Positions 8,950 to 20,397 are shown, counted from the stretch's first letter. The stretch: DNA of 64,000 nt from Nitrospirota bacterium (GCA_963818475.1 CAWFSF010000006.1:1472001-1536000), one strand, 5' to 3'. The notes: a model not told the origin generated them from the sequence alone. A program made the numbers and translations.

Positions 8950-11328
8950 TTACTCAACCATGTTTGTCACAACATCCCTCACTGCTGATCGGCCGTGGTC
9001 GTCCACAGCGCGCACCACGAACCTCCCCGGCTCCGGCTTCCAGAAGAATACCTTACCGCTCTCTGAACTGCCGAGATATTTCTCGCTCATAAACCAGTGA
9101 ATGGTCTTCGAGTCTGCATCGGTGACTGCCGTTAATGGCACGCGCTCGTCTTTGAACGACCCTGCCCTAAGACTGTATACAACTCCGTCCCGTGGAGAGG
9201 TGATCTGCGGTCCTGTTCCTCTGGATGACATCACTTCGTTGCTGCATCCCGGCTCGTAAGGAGGCGGCACGCGGCGCGGGACGCCGGCCTGCCGGAATAT
9301 CGCTATAAGATCGGACGGCCAGAACTCGTATACTTCGGATCTCGTCCTGGGGCCGCCATCAATGCAGGAGCGCAGGCCCGTCCGGCTGTTTATGGATATC
9401 CTTCGGTGAACGTCGCATTTCGCAATCGGTGACGTGCCGGGAATGAACCAGGTGGATGCCCGCTGTGTGCAATCGGGACCCGGAAGCCCGCCTGACAGGG
9501 CGCAGACCTCGACCTTGGTCAGGTTCAGTTCCGCCAGTCCCTTTCCGCTAAACTCATCGATCTCCGAATCCTCGGACTTAAGCGAGTCTATGATCTCGAA
9601 GAAAAGCGGCGCTGCCGCTTCCCGGCCAACAAAGGCGGGATTGCCTTCTCCGTCGAAGTTCCCGATCCAGACCGCCAGCACGTAAGGCCCGACAACCCCC
9701 ACCGACCATGCATCACGAAACCCGAAGGAAGTGCCGGTCTTCCAGGAAACAGGTAAATGGTCCCGGATCCATTCCGGGCGAAATCCCTGAAGCGGATTGG
9801 GATTAGCTGAAAGCATATCGAGCACCAGGTAGCTCGCCTCTTTGCTTAAAAGCCGCGCCCCCTCTTCTTCCTTTTGGGACTTAAGGAACTTGAATCCTTT
9901 CAGCTCGCCCCCGTTCGCGAGCATCGCGTAGAGCTGCGCCAGCTCTTCCATAGAAACCTCCGCACTCCCCAGGGCCAGGGACATGCCGTAAAAGGACTCA
10001 TCGCGCATGCGCGTGATCCCGGCCTTGAGCAGAAACCCGTGCAGCCCCGGTGAAGCGAGACGCGATGTAATCTCAACAGCCGGCACGTTCCTGCTCTTCA
10101 CCAGCGCGTCCTTCGCCTTGATCGGTCCAACGAAATCGTTGTCGAAATTCTCGGGATTGTAAGAGCCGAAGCTCATGGGCGCATCCTTGAGCATGGTCAT
10201 GGGATGGATAAGCCCCTGGTCGATCCCAAGGCCATAGATGAAGGGTTTCAGGGCCGATCCCGGAGAACGCTTCGCCCGTGCCCCGTTCACCTGGCCGTCG
10301 ATCTTTTGATCAAAGAAGTCAGCAGAACCTACCAGTGATTTTACTTCAAGGGTCCGATGGTCAACCAGAAGGACTACGGCGTTATTGACCCCCTTCGGCC
10401 TGTTCGCTTCGACATAGCTTTTCACATGCCGTTCGATGAGTTTTTGGAGCCTGAGATCGAGCGTGGTGTGGAGCACCGGATCAAAGGGATCAAGCTCGCG
10501 TACTTCGTTCGCAAAATGCGGAGCCAGGAACGGCAGGTCAGACGGTCGTTTGAGAACGATAGGCGCGTCCACGAAAGACTTCTGGTCCTTGTCTTTCGGA
10601 TACTTCCCGACCCATTTGGCGAAAAGTACCTTACGCGCCTGTTCGAGACTCTGGTACGCAGGCATCCCATCCTCCCCCCTATTCCCCATCCGCTTCGCCG
10701 GGCTTTGCGGTATCACGCTCAAAGTAAGCGCATCGGTGAGCGTGAGCTTGTCAGCGTTTTTATGAAAGTAGATAAGACTCGCAGCGCCGGCACCTTCGAT
10801 GTTCAGGCCATAGGGTACGAGGTTGAGATAGGCTTCGAGGATATCGTTCTTGGAATAAAGCAGTTCCAGCCAGAAAGCTGCAAGGATCTGCGTTGTTTTG
10901 CCGGAGATCGTGCGGGAGTTGATGTCGTATTTGATACGCGCAAGCTGCATGGTGATCGTGGACCCGCCGATCTTCCGGTCCTTCTTGATATAGGTGTGCC
11001 ATATCGCGCGGCCAAGTGACGCCGGGCTCACTCCCGGATGAAACCGGAACCACTTGTCCTCGTGCAGGAGCGTGGCATTGATCAGGACCGGCGAAATGGC
11101 TTTGAGCGGCAGCCAGAGGCGATATTTATCGTCCCGCGAAAGCGTTAAGCGAATGAGATTCCCGCTTCGGTCATAGATCGCCTGGGAGAAGCTGACGTCG
11201 GATCTGAGAGCGGGGGAAAAGAGGCGGAGAAGGATGAGAATGGTTAATAATGCAACTGCTATACGGGCGAAGCGCATCACTAAATGCGCCACTGCGAGCA
11301 GTTTGTATCGCGGGGCCGATCCGGTCAA
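8950..11328 (-). CDS. pbpC: penicillin-binding protein 1C
   Basis: EDKWFRFHPGV, GGSTITMQLAR, RSPGSALKPF (SxxK), SRN, KTGTSFGFRDAW, BiPBP_C-type C-terminus. Confidence 0.94.
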   Translation of the reverse strand: MTGSAPRYKLLAVAHLVMRFARIAVALLTILILLRLFSPALRSDVSFSQAIYDRSGNLIRLTLSRDDKYRLWLPLKAISPVLINATLLHEDKWFRFHPGVSPASLGRAIWHTYIKKDRKIGGSTITMQLARIKYDINSRTISGKTTQILAAFWLELLYSKNDILEAYLNLVPYGLNIEGAGAASLIYFHKNADKLTLTDALTLSVIPQSPAKRMGNRGEDGMPAYQSLEQARKVLFAKWVGKYPKDKDQKSFVDAPIVLKRPSDLPFLAPHFANEVRELDPFDPVLHTTLDLRLQKLIERHVKSYVEANRPKGVNNAVVLLVDHRTLEVKSLVGSADFFDQKIDGQVNGARAKRSPGSALKPFIYGLGIDQGLIHPMTMLKDAPMSFGSYNPENFDNDFVGPIKAKDALVKSRNVPAVEITSRLASPGLHGFLLKAGITRMRDESFYGMSLALGSAEVSMEELAQLYAMLANGGELKGFKFLKSQKEEEGARLLSKEASYLVLDMLSANPNPLQGFRPEWIRDHLPVSWKTGTSFGFRDAWSVGVVGPYVLAVWIGNFDGEGNPAFVGREAAAPLFFEIIDSLKSEDSEIDEFSGKGLAELNLTKVEVCALSGGLPGPDCTQRASTWFIPGTSPIAKCDVHRRISINSRTGLRSCIDGGPRTRSEVYEFWPSDLIAIFRQAGVPRRVPPPYEPGCSNEVMSSRGTGPQITSPRDGVVYSLRAGSFKDERVPLTAVTDADSKTIHWFMSEKYLGSSESGKVFFWKPEPGRFVVRAVDDHGRSAVRDVVTNMVE

Positions 11329-13826
11329 GAGGTTCTCTCGATCTGCCGGAGGATCGTTTCGTCCTTGATCTGGCGGTCCTGTGCAAGAAGGAATGCCTTG
11401 CTCAGAATGATCGCGAACATCTGGTCCCCTTCGAAGGGCAGGAAGACCTTTTCAGCCTTCCCCTTTCCCGTGCTCCGGTCCGGCACAATGCAGAGGTACT
11501 GGTCATTCGGCTCCATGAGGATATTGCCGCTCCCCAGGTGGATCTTGTAAGTCCGCAGATCGCCCCTCACCTTGAGGAACTTGCCGTCGATAGCGCATTG
11601 ACCGGCAATGGCAAGCCGCGGCAGGAGGCGCATCATCACGTCCTTCCTGGTCTCGGCCTGCGCCGAGAGATCGCCGAAGGAATAGCGCTGCCAGTAATCG
11701 GTTCCGCCGTCCCGGGCCGCGCCCTGGTCCTGCCACTGAGGATCGTTGCCCACGCTGCAAACGCCCACGAAGAGATCGATGTCGCGCATGATCTCGGTAA
11801 AGGCAAGGGCGGGTACATCCGACAGCGGCAGCTGCCCGCCCTGCAGGTTCGTAAAACGCACCTGGTCGGTCGACACATAGAGATAAATGCCGGATTCCGA
11901 TTGCTGATCATCGGCAGGCACGGACTCCACCCAGAATTCGGCCCGCAGTTCCCACTGGGGTAGTTCGATCACCGGCGTATTAGCGGAATCCCAGCCTCCC
12001 TGCAGCTGGTACTTCCATCCGCGCTGCTTGCAGAGGGCGCTGAACTGGTGTTGTTTCAGGATATGGGCGGCGAAGCGGTTCGAGTAGGTCCCTGTTGCGA
12101 GCTCGGCGTCCGTCAGGAGGTAGAGTTCCCGGTGAGCCTGCTTGAAGGGCTGGGAGATACCGTGCCGTTCGAGCCATAAACGCCATTCCTGCACGGTGGT
12201 AACGTCGAACCCGACCGGATGCCACAGCCGGACGACGGTGTCGCTGCCCTCCCACTCCTCGGTCCTGTCCTGCGCATCCACCAGCCGGTCTTCTCTCAGG
12301 GCCGCCAGGCCCGATCTGCCCTGTCGTTCAAAGTGCCAGATAAGTCTCCGGGAGAGCTGGGCAAGGAGTGGATGGTCCAGGTAACGCTCGCGCCAGAGGG
12401 GGTATGACAGGCTTCTCTGCGACAAAAAGAGCCGTTCGATGCGGTCGCGCTGGGCGGGCAGCATGTTCTCGATGTCCTTGACCGTGCGTTTAAGCGAGGC
12501 AAGCTCTTCGCCAAACTCCTCCCGGACCGCGGCAGGAACTGACTTCTGGGTCTTGCCGTCCTTCTTTATCCAGATGAGCTCGGCATCCGCCGTACCGGTG
12601 ACGCGGACCTCCGCCGCATGCTCGCCCAGGTCCTCGTGAAGAATGCCCTGTCCTTCCAGCCCGAAGGTCGGGACCGCGATCTCCTCCAGGTCGGCGCGTG
12701 TCATGCCTGCCCGGGCGGCTGTCTCTTCAAGCGCAGTATTGATCAGTGAATGGACCTTGGAATACTTCACCTTGAGCTGCAGGCGGGAGAGCTGGGCCAC
12801 CGGTTCCAGGCCGGGGAGCCTGCTCAGGACATAGATGCAGGCATTGCCGACCTTCACGGAACGGGGGCCGATACCGGGGATCTTCTTGAACACAGCGAGT
12901 GCAACGTCGCAAATGGCCTGGCACGATGATGCATCAGAGGTGGCCGCACAGTACCAGATCAAACCCTTGAGAAGGTCGGCCTTGGCTTCGGTCATGGGTT
13001 CGCCGGTCCCCTTCTCCGCCGTCGCGAACCATCCGGTTACCCGTTCCTTGAAAGTCTCGGCCCCCGCTGCTTCGAGTCTGCCGCGCGCTTCCTCCATCCA
13101 TTTTCCCGAAGCCTCGGAAGACCTGATGGCAAAGGCATGTTCGATGAGCCGCTGCCACGCAGCCGCGTTGGCCTCATCCATCGCTGACAGGTCCGCGAGC
13201 ATCATGTCCGTCCAGGGTTCGCCCGGCTCGATAACATTCTTGCGCACATCCCCGAGCAGCAACCCGATACGCTTGGCAAGCTTCCGCAGGTCCGCGCAAT
13301 CCGGTGTCGCAAGATGCTTTTTCTTCAGGTCATCGAGACCCCGATGCAGGTCCTCGGACAGGCCGGCGCGCGTCGCATGGCGCTCGATCTGGGTCACTAT
13401 GGGACGCAAGGTCGATTCCAGATACAGGACCTGCCGCTGCTCCTTGAGACCGTCTACGATGTATCTAAGGTCCTGTTCCGAAAAAGGAAGACGGGAATGC
13501 AACAGGGCCGAAAAAACCTGCAGATTGATATCGGTGACGTAATAAGGGTTGTCCTGGGTGGACTGAAAGGCCATGCGGTCGAGCAAAGCCAGCACGATCC
13601 GGACCTTGACCTCCGGGGACGCAGACAGCAGTAGACGGCCGGTTTCGTGCGCCTTGGGGTCCCTGTTCCAGTGGTACGGCTCTTCCTGCGTGATCACCTG
13701 GCCGAGGTAAGCGTTGATGGCGAGATGCTCCTCCCGGCGGGGATCGTCCGGCATGAGCGGATACCCGTCAGGACCCACGGCTTCCGGCTTGTCCTGCTGC
13801 TTGAAGATATCGAAGAACCCTTTCAT
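11325..13826 (-). CDS. DUF4132 domain-containing protein (833 aa)
   Basis: Helical N-half, then YLDHPLL..L.RRLIW, LWHP, QPFKQAHRELY, YSNRFAAH, F.EIMRDIDLFV, YKIHLGSGNILM, LPFEGD. Confidence 0.85.
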   Translation of the reverse strand: MKGFFDIFKQQDKPEAVGPDGYPLMPDDPRREEHLAINAYLGQVITQEEPYHWNRDPKAHETGRLLLSASPEVKVRIVLALLDRMAFQSTQDNPYYVTDINLQVFSALLHSRLPFSEQDLRYIVDGLKEQRQVLYLESTLRPIVTQIERHATRAGLSEDLHRGLDDLKKKHLATPDCADLRKLAKRIGLLLGDVRKNVIEPGEPWTDMMLADLSAMDEANAAAWQRLIEHAFAIRSSEASGKWMEEARGRLEAAGAETFKERVTGWFATAEKGTGEPMTEAKADLLKGLIWYCAATSDASSCQAICDVALAVFKKIPGIGPRSVKVGNACIYVLSRLPGLEPVAQLSRLQLKVKYSKVHSLINTALEETAARAGMTRADLEEIAVPTFGLEGQGILHEDLGEHAAEVRVTGTADAELIWIKKDGKTQKSVPAAVREEFGEELASLKRTVKDIENMLPAQRDRIERLFLSQRSLSYPLWRERYLDHPLLAQLSRRLIWHFERQGRSGLAALREDRLVDAQDRTEEWEGSDTVVRLWHPVGFDVTTVQEWRLWLERHGISQPFKQAHRELYLLTDAELATGTYSNRFAAHILKQHQFSALCKQRGWKYQLQGGWDSANTPVIELPQWELRAEFWVESVPADDQQSESGIYLYVSTDQVRFTNLQGGQLPLSDVPALAFTEIMRDIDLFVGVCSVGNDPQWQDQGAARDGGTDYWQRYSFGDLSAQAETRKDVMMRLLPRLAIAGQCAIDGKFLKVRGDLRTYKIHLGSGNILMEPNDQYLCIVPDRSTGKGKAEKVFLPFEGDQMFAIILSKAFLLAQDRQIKDETILRQIERTS

Positions 13827-13836
13827 GTGCGCCCCC

Positions 13837-14229
13837 TCATCCTCCCACCAGTGGGACGAGCTTCAGAAAGCTCACCTGCGTTCCCGGCTTCAGCTCCACA
13901 ACGTGCTCGAGGTCTTCGACCTGGCGGTCATCCACGAGGACGAGAAAACTGTTCTTCTGGAATGCCTCAAGAGCGACCTCGTACTGCTGCTGCCAGTCTA
14001 TGGCGCGTTTCTCGCGAAGTTTGTACCCGTTCAGGACGGCTTCTGCATCGGAAGGTTGGATGAGCCCTTTGAAGCAGCCCGGCTTGCTGAAGTTGAACAG
14101 GCGCACTTCTTCGTACACCCTGCTCCGTATCAGCTCACGGACAGATACGGTCTCCTCCAGGAAGTCGAGTGAAATCTCGTTCACCACCTGCCCGTTCGAA
14201 AGTTCGTCACGTATCAAGAGAGTTGTCAT
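13837..14229 (-). CDS. ubiquitin-like (putative beta-grasp) protein ending in LVPLVGG (130 aa)
   Basis: GGAAGGAG RBS; SVRELIRSRV...FLVLVDDRQV.DL....L..GTQVSFLKLVPLVGG resembles the C-terminus of MoaD/ThiS/Ubl proteins. Confidence 0.75.
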   Translation of the reverse strand: MTTLLIRDELSNGQVVNEISLDFLEETVSVRELIRSRVYEEVRLFNFSKPGCFKGLIQPSDAEAVLNGYKLREKRAIDWQQQYEVALEAFQKNSFLVLVDDRQVEDLEHVVELKPGTQVSFLKLVPLVGG

Positions 14230-14354
14230 CGTATCGCTCCTTCCCATGATGATTCTGATTTCATACGAAGCACGGAAAGAACTCCTTTATCGTTTCCGCG
14301 AACAACGAGGTCGTCAGTATGGGACTGTATGGGGTATCAGCTATCAGAAATCTA

Positions 14355-15074
14355 CTACCGGTCAACCTTCTTCACCGTCAGTGTCTTCTGTAAGAACCCG
14401 TCGGTCGTGATCTTTTTGATCTTGTATATATAAAGCTCCGAACCTACAAAGGCGAGTAAATAGTTCCCTGACCCGTCATCCTTCGCCGCCACTTGCAGTA
14501 CATCCACAGTCGAGAACTCGAAGGTCTCGCACGTGGCATCCTTGGGTGCTTTAAGGTGGCTCATGTCGATATAAATGGGGGCCTTTCCCGTGCGGCCATC
14601 GGAGTGGATGAAGTTCGAGTACTCGACCACGCCGCCCATTTCCTTCAGCGCGATGGCCACGACTTGCTTTCGCTTCTTTGGATCATTCTCGGCTCCCTGG
14701 GCGGTGAGGTCTGCGGCCATGCCCAGTGTATGGCTGTCCAGGTAGTCTCCACTGACCGGGACGAGCGGTCCCGGAGCGAGTCCCTCGACAACGCGTTTCA
14801 CCTTCAAGTCCTTCGAGACCTTGAAGAGGACGATGGTGGGCGATTGGCGGTAATGCGGTTTTACGAGCAATACCACCTCGCTGATTCCGTCATCATCAAC
14901 ATCGGCGACAATGGCATCCTCGACCTTTATCCGATAGTGCTTATCGCCGAACACCTCCGGGTACTCCTGCTCAAGAAGATACTTCTGGACCGCCGCTACC
15001 TTGGGCGGCGAATCTGCGGCCGCAGCGGTCGCAGCCAGCAAGCCCAGGACCAATGCGAAGAGTCTAGCGTGCAT
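14355..15074 (-). CDS. secreted hypothetical protein
   Basis: GGAGG RBS; signal peptide LFALVLGLLAATAAAA; DVDDDG Ca-loop-like motif. Confidence 0.7.
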   Translation of the reverse strand: MHARLFALVLGLLAATAAAADSPPKVAAVQKYLLEQEYPEVFGDKHYRIKVEDAIVADVDDDGISEVVLLVKPHYRQSPTIVLFKVSKDLKVKRVVEGLAPGPLVPVSGDYLDSHTLGMAADLTAQGAENDPKKRKQVVAIALKEMGGVVEYSNFIHSDGRTGKAPIYIDMSHLKAPKDATCETFEFSTVDVLQVAAKDDGSGNYLLAFVGSELYIYKIKKITTDGFLQKTLTVKKVDR

Positions 15075-15170
15075 GATCACCTCCAGCGTGTTTCCTCAGC
15101 TCTCAAACATAACGGGGTTTGCGGGCCGAAACTCAGCGCCATGGACATACTTTCAACGGAACGCGCCTCT

Positions 15171-15872
15171 CTATTCCAGTTCGAACTCGACCATCACTCT
15201 GGCGGTGATCTTTATGGTCCCGTAGCTCGACTGGCCGCCGCTCGATTCGCGTTTTTCCAGGACATTCGCCGACACTTTGGTTTCAAACCAGTTATCCCCG
15301 GCCACTTCCTGGATCGAGTGGACCTTCCCGATCTTGGCGGCGAGCGCCTGGGCCATGAATTCGGCCTTTTTCTTCGCTGCTAGGAGCGCCTTCTCGTACT
15401 CGGCTTTTCTAAGATCGAACTCATCGTTACGCTTGAAATCCGTGCTTCCAATGGTAATATTCTTATGCCCCGCCAGTGTCCGGTATACATCGGCCATTTT
15501 CGTGATATCGTTCACGGTCACGTCCACGTAGCATTCGGCATAGTATCCCTTCAGGACGTTCGACTCCTTTTCCCAGTTGTATTCCGCGCCCTGCAGGACC
15601 AGGGACCTTTTGATGTCCTTGTCCGGGATGCCGATGACATTCAGCTCCTTGGACAATTTGGAGAGCTCGCCCGTAAGCGCCGCATGGCTCTGGCTCATTT
15701 CCTTCTTCACGAGCTTTACCGACAGGCTGATCTCCGCCCGCTGTGCCTCGACCGTGTTCTCGGCCTTTCCTGAGACCGTTATCTTCCTGATGTCTTTTGA
15801 TTCTTCGGCAAAAGAAGTGGAGACCGGAAGCATGAGCATGAATACAGCAAACGCCAAGCCAAAAATTCGCAT
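15171..15872 (-). CDS. SIMPL (DUF541) domain periplasmic protein
   Basis: Signal peptide; ITVSGKAE, AL.AAKKKAE.MA.AL..KIGKV.SIQE, G.IKITA.V.V.FEL. Confidence 0.85.
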   Translation of the reverse strand: MRIFGLAFAVFMLMLPVSTSFAEESKDIRKITVSGKAENTVEAQRAEISLSVKLVKKEMSQSHAALTGELSKLSKELNVIGIPDKDIKRSLVLQGAEYNWEKESNVLKGYYAECYVDVTVNDITKMADVYRTLAGHKNITIGSTDFKRNDEFDLRKAEYEKALLAAKKKAEFMAQALAAKIGKVHSIQEVAGDNWFETKVSANVLEKRESSGGQSSYGTIKITARVMVEFELE

Positions 15873-15906
15873 ATTTCCTCCAAACTGCTTGGATTCTATT
15901 TTGGTT

Positions 15907-16794
15907 CTACCCCGCCTTCAGCGGACGGACTTCCTTTTCCACGGGGATGAATTCCTTCACGTAGTGCTTTGCGTGGTACATGGAATAGAGTTTCTCCAGC
16001 CCCAGGATGATCCCGAAGAAAATGAACTGGAACAGGCCAACGGCTTTTTCAGGAACGCCGGTCAGCATGTTCACGAGCCCCGTGAGCACCATGAAGATCA
16101 GGAACGTTTCTACCACGGCGTCGCCGGCACCCAGAAATGGATGGTCGGTGTAGAAGTAGCCTCCCCCGGGATAGATGATCGAGAGCTTCCTCGCCCGCTC
16201 TTCGTTCTTGAATTCCAGCCTGCAGGAGGAGCAGACGTAGACGCCCGCGGCCAGTACCGCGTTGCACTTGGGACAGAGGTGGTGGCGTTTACCGATAGTC
16301 GTGGGCTGCTGGCTTGCCAGCCGGAGGTCAGGAAGGAGAGATTTGAGCTTGCCACTCTCCTTCACATACAAGAATGTCTCCTTAGATCCATTTTTGTATT
16401 TTACGGTAAACCTGCTCAGAAACCCGGAGGGCTTGATCTCTTCCACGTCTCCGTAGCGGACCTGGGCGATGGAGTGCCGGGGCGAAAAGTCCTTCTTCGC
16501 GGGGAAGTGCAGTATCCGCCGGTTCGTCACCACCAGGGTGCAGCGCTTGATGTAGTAGATCAACGAACCAGTGGTGAACTGCTCCATGAACGACATGGGC
16601 GAGCACCCGCGCATGAGAAGCAGGACCTCCTCGTCCGGCTCGAGGAACTGCTTCAGGAGCGGGACATAATCCTTCAGCATCTTGAGCTGCTGCTTCTTGA
16701 TTTTCTCCTTGAAGTTCCCCTTCTTGTCGGAAAAAGCCGTTGTCTGGTTGATCGGTAGACCAAAGGTTTCTGCTGCTGATGCCGTGGTGATCAT
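15907..16794 (-). CDS. hypothetical membrane protein (PH-like N-region, Zn ribbon, C-terminal TMs)
   Basis: GGAGG RBS; LVVTNRRILHF; CPKC-x9-CSSC; SIIYPGGGYFY followed by hydrophobic helices. Confidence 0.7.
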   Translation of the reverse strand: MITTASAAETFGLPINQTTAFSDKKGNFKEKIKKQQLKMLKDYVPLLKQFLEPDEEVLLLMRGCSPMSFMEQFTTGSLIYYIKRCTLVVTNRRILHFPAKKDFSPRHSIAQVRYGDVEEIKPSGFLSRFTVKYKNGSKETFLYVKESGKLKSLLPDLRLASQQPTTIGKRHHLCPKCNAVLAAGVYVCSSCRLEFKNEERARKLSIIYPGGGYFYTDHPFLGAGDAVVETFLIFMVLTGLVNMLTGVPEKAVGLFQFIFFGIILGLEKLYSMYHAKHYVKEFIPVEKEVRPLKAG

Positions 16795-16933
16795 AGATGC
16801 CTCCTGGATAGGTGAGATGTTTCTGATCTTATAATATTTTACGGGCTGATAACTCTAGATTCATGTCTGTCCCGCACCTGAAATTGTCAATCATACTAAG
16901 GGGTAAGACGCAGTACTATTATCCCTTCGTCAA

Positions 16934-17981
16934 TTACTTCTTAAGAGAGTGAACAATCCACTGCTCAATTTCAGGCAAGTACTTCGGACTCACTAACATG
17001 ATCTCCAAAATGGCCATATATTGGTCGGGTCCATATAAGTGTATCCTCATCTGGGATAGTCTTTAAAACATCATAGGCTTGCGGAGATAGAAGTAAAAGC
17101 GTCAAGTTATCATTCACTTGCCTCCCTTTAAGAAGACTGGTTAGCGCGTCATAGTCGTGGAAGGAGTATCCGACAGCAAGCACGATTTTGGCATGCTCGC
17201 AACATCTGGAGAAATAGTGATAGGCGGTCAAATAAGGTTCCGCTGTGGTCACTTTGTTACCAGCTGGATAAATAACTGTATTCTGGTACGCATCTGAGTC
17301 AACAACATCATACATTGGCAGAGATTGGACAATCCTCCCACTAGATGTTATTTTCAACCAATTCACCGATCCGTGAAGCTTGTGAAGGACAATGTGACGA
17401 ACCGGACGGGTGATATTAAACAACTCAAAGTTTCTTGGATTCCAGAAATGTTCTCGCAGAAAGGGGTCATCTTCCATACCATCAACAAAGTCATATTTGG
17501 AGTATTGTTCATTGCAAAAATTTTCAATTGCCAGATCATAGTTCGTAGTGAAGATAGGTAAGCACTGAGTAGCCGAATCGATATGGGAGAAGATGACATC
17601 AAGCAAAGGCTGATAAACCTCAATAGCCCTTTTAATATCAACAGCTCGGTACTCTCGAATAATTGAATGACGAATAAGAGAGCGTAAGCTTGCTGCGTCA
17701 CTTCTTTTGACTTCGTACGCAGGCTGATTTTCGACATCTAAAACGAAAGACGACACATACTGTAAATTTAAGAAAGTCTCGAGGTCTCCCATAATAGACT
17801 CCAAGTCATACCCCCTGGCTAATATGAGTGCTGAAAGAAGAGATGCCTCGTTGTCAGACGTAATCTCAGTGGCGAGCTTCTTTACAAATTGTTCCATTGT
17901 AGGCTTGCCGAGAGGTACGGAAGCCCCGGCACCGAGAAATAGAATGATAGGTGATTGAGTAATGGTTGGGTTTAATGGCAT
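16934..17981 (-). CDS. SIR2-family (SIR2_2-like) protein; last ~15 codons probably frameshifted (called ORF stops at 16971)
   Basis: ILFLGAGAS, IFTTNYD, KLHGSVNW, VIYP..NK, VGYSFHD; alternative frame KYLPEIEQWIVHSLKK* ends 16934. Confidence 0.88.
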
Positions 17982-18044
17982 AATTATTGTGCGTGAACTT
18001 CCATATCTCGATTATTTTTCTATATTGTTTTTTAGGAAGGGATT

Positions 18045-20397
18045 TTATGCCTTCCCGTATCTCCAACGCAATGACCGCATTGGCACTGGACGAGTTCTGC
18101 GCCTGTGTCATCAAGCTTATAAACGGGTTTTTTGCAGTTCGGGCAGCTAAAAAACTCCAATGCCCTCTCACACACTTCAATGAGCTTGGCCTCCTTCTTC
18201 ACTACGTCAAAAGAATGAGTGGCCTTGTTTCCCCACGAGAGCAATAGCTTATCTGCATCGCGTAATGCATCAATCGCCTCGGCGTAAGGTTCATGCTCTT
18301 TCGTGCCTAACTTCATGAAGCACTTTTTACTATCTGAAATGAACTGGAGGAGGAAGTCGTGTGCTGTTCGACGATCGTTCTTCTCGCGGTAAAGGTAGGG
18401 CAGCCTGACCTTGACTCGCTCGGCCACTATGGCGAGTTCTATGTCCATGATCTTGCGCGCTGTGTTTCCAGCGGAGTCTGGTGAAACCTTTAATTGCGCT
18501 CGTGCATCGTCGAACGTTGATGTCTTAGCGGACAAACGGATACCGACTTCAGGCTTCTCGTAGGGCATGAGAGCGTTAAAAATCCAGTTTCCACCGTCGA
18601 GCTGCTGTCTGAGTTCCGTGTACCACTCTCGGTCGTGAGTTAATATGACCACCTGCCGACCGTTGAACTCTTTTTCCAAGAGATCAACGATCATTCCACG
18701 ATGGTTCCGGTCAAGACTGATGACCACATCATCCAGAAACAGCGGCCGGTCCGTGTCCGCTTCGCGCTTCGCCATTGCAAGGAAAATACAGAGACCAAGG
18801 CTATTTCTATAGCCCTCCGAAAGCGTGAGTCTTGGTGAGTCCTGTTCAATTCCATAGAATTTAAGTCCGATGTCGATGGCCTTGTCGGCGTCACTGGGGA
18901 GATAAAGGCGCACATGCGCAATTGCCTCGCCCGGGTGCAGGATTGCCCACATTTTCTGAATGTCGGAGGAAATTTCACCGATCACATTCTTAGACTGCTG
19001 TCTGATTTCCTCTCGGACGCCTTGCTCAAGTAAATTTAGGAATGAAATCAGGGCTCGAGCGCGTGTCGCGTCGTCGGCCAGCATCTTCGACTCAATTACG
19101 GCTTTGGCAGCCTCAACAATCTGTTTATCGGTTGAAAACTGCTGGACGTCAGGCGGGGCGATACCTGCGGATGAAGACGCTGCGGCTATCAGAGTCAACA
19201 GATTATTCTCAATGCCCACCAGATCGTTTTCGCCGCAAGAGGCACGGAGCGACTCAACATGAGCCCATCAATGTACGCGAAGTTATCGGAGAAGGCCTTC
19301 TTGTTGAGTCCGTCTCGCCATGACTTCACATCAGATTTGCTCAGATTAGACCTTAGAGACGTGAGGATGTCGCAAAGAGATCCGATAGCGGCCTTGCGAT
19401 TGTTGAAGATGTTAATGATCTCTTGAAGGCGCTCTTTCTCAGACTTGACGTGTGTCTTAAAATCATCGACTGAGATTGCTCGTCCACAGGCTGGACATTT
19501 TACAGCTTTTTCTTCTTTTAGTTTGTCCACAAAGATGCCTGCGGATTGGAGCACCTCCAGCTTTTCAGCGATCAGCGGCTCCATTGTACTGGATAACTTG
19601 TGACTTTCGGAGCGCACTTCATCGACGTGACTCTTGAGGTTTAGACCAGAGATAGCCTGCAAAGTAAGGTGTCTCCTCTGCTCAGCGGAAGAATGAATGA
19701 TCCGTTCTTTGAGTGCGGCTTCAAACTCTTTGCAGTGAGAAAGTGGGTCCGTCGTGGTCCCTTTGCCCTCGCAGTACTTTGCATGAAGGTCTGCGATCAT
19801 CTTATAAATTTGTTCGTCGGTGGCCGCACCAAAGGTAGTACTCCTTTTTGACGCGACCTCCCTAAGAGCAGCCGTTGCCTGCCAGAGCTTTGATTCTTGC
19901 TCTACGGACTTTGAGAGCTGCCGTAAATTCTCAGCTGCCACTTCCATGTGGTGAAGACCGAGAAGTGGCAGAAGTGTCGAGTATTTTTCTCCCTTGGTAT
20001 CTTGGATGAAAGACGCGACCTCATCTTGCCTCAAGATTGTGCGCTGATAGTCCCACGTGGCCATCGAGGCAGTTTCTGATCCGGACCTCGTGAAGGATCC
20101 ATCTCGCTTGATCTCCCAAAGGAGTTCTGACGCATCTTTGAACTTAATACGCAGTCTTGTTTTCCTGCCCGCGGGTGTGTGCGTGTTGATGAGCGCCTTC
20201 TCTTGATGCTTCCCACTATACTCGTGTGATAGATGCCGAATCTTGCCGTTTTTGAGTACGAATTCAAGCGCGTCTACAAAAGAGGATTTACCAGACCCAT
20301 TCTCCCCGTAGAGAACCATCGACTTGGATTCGGGGACAAGAGAAACCGCTTCGGCTGCTCCACGGAACCATTCGATCTCAATGGCCTTAATCCTCAT
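18045..20397 (-). CDS. Rad50/SMC-like ABC ATPase with Zn hook and C-terminal extension; frameshifts near 19260 and 18075
   Basis: Walker A GENGSGKS, Q-loop ILRQ, coiled coil with CPACG, signature LSEGY, Walker B LFLDDVVISLD, ILTHD, terminal CPNC...CQCG. Confidence 0.85.

Noticed and set aside
15107-15130. GTTATGT core-like site upstream of the secreted protein gene
   Set aside because: No matching attC after the gene; too short to support
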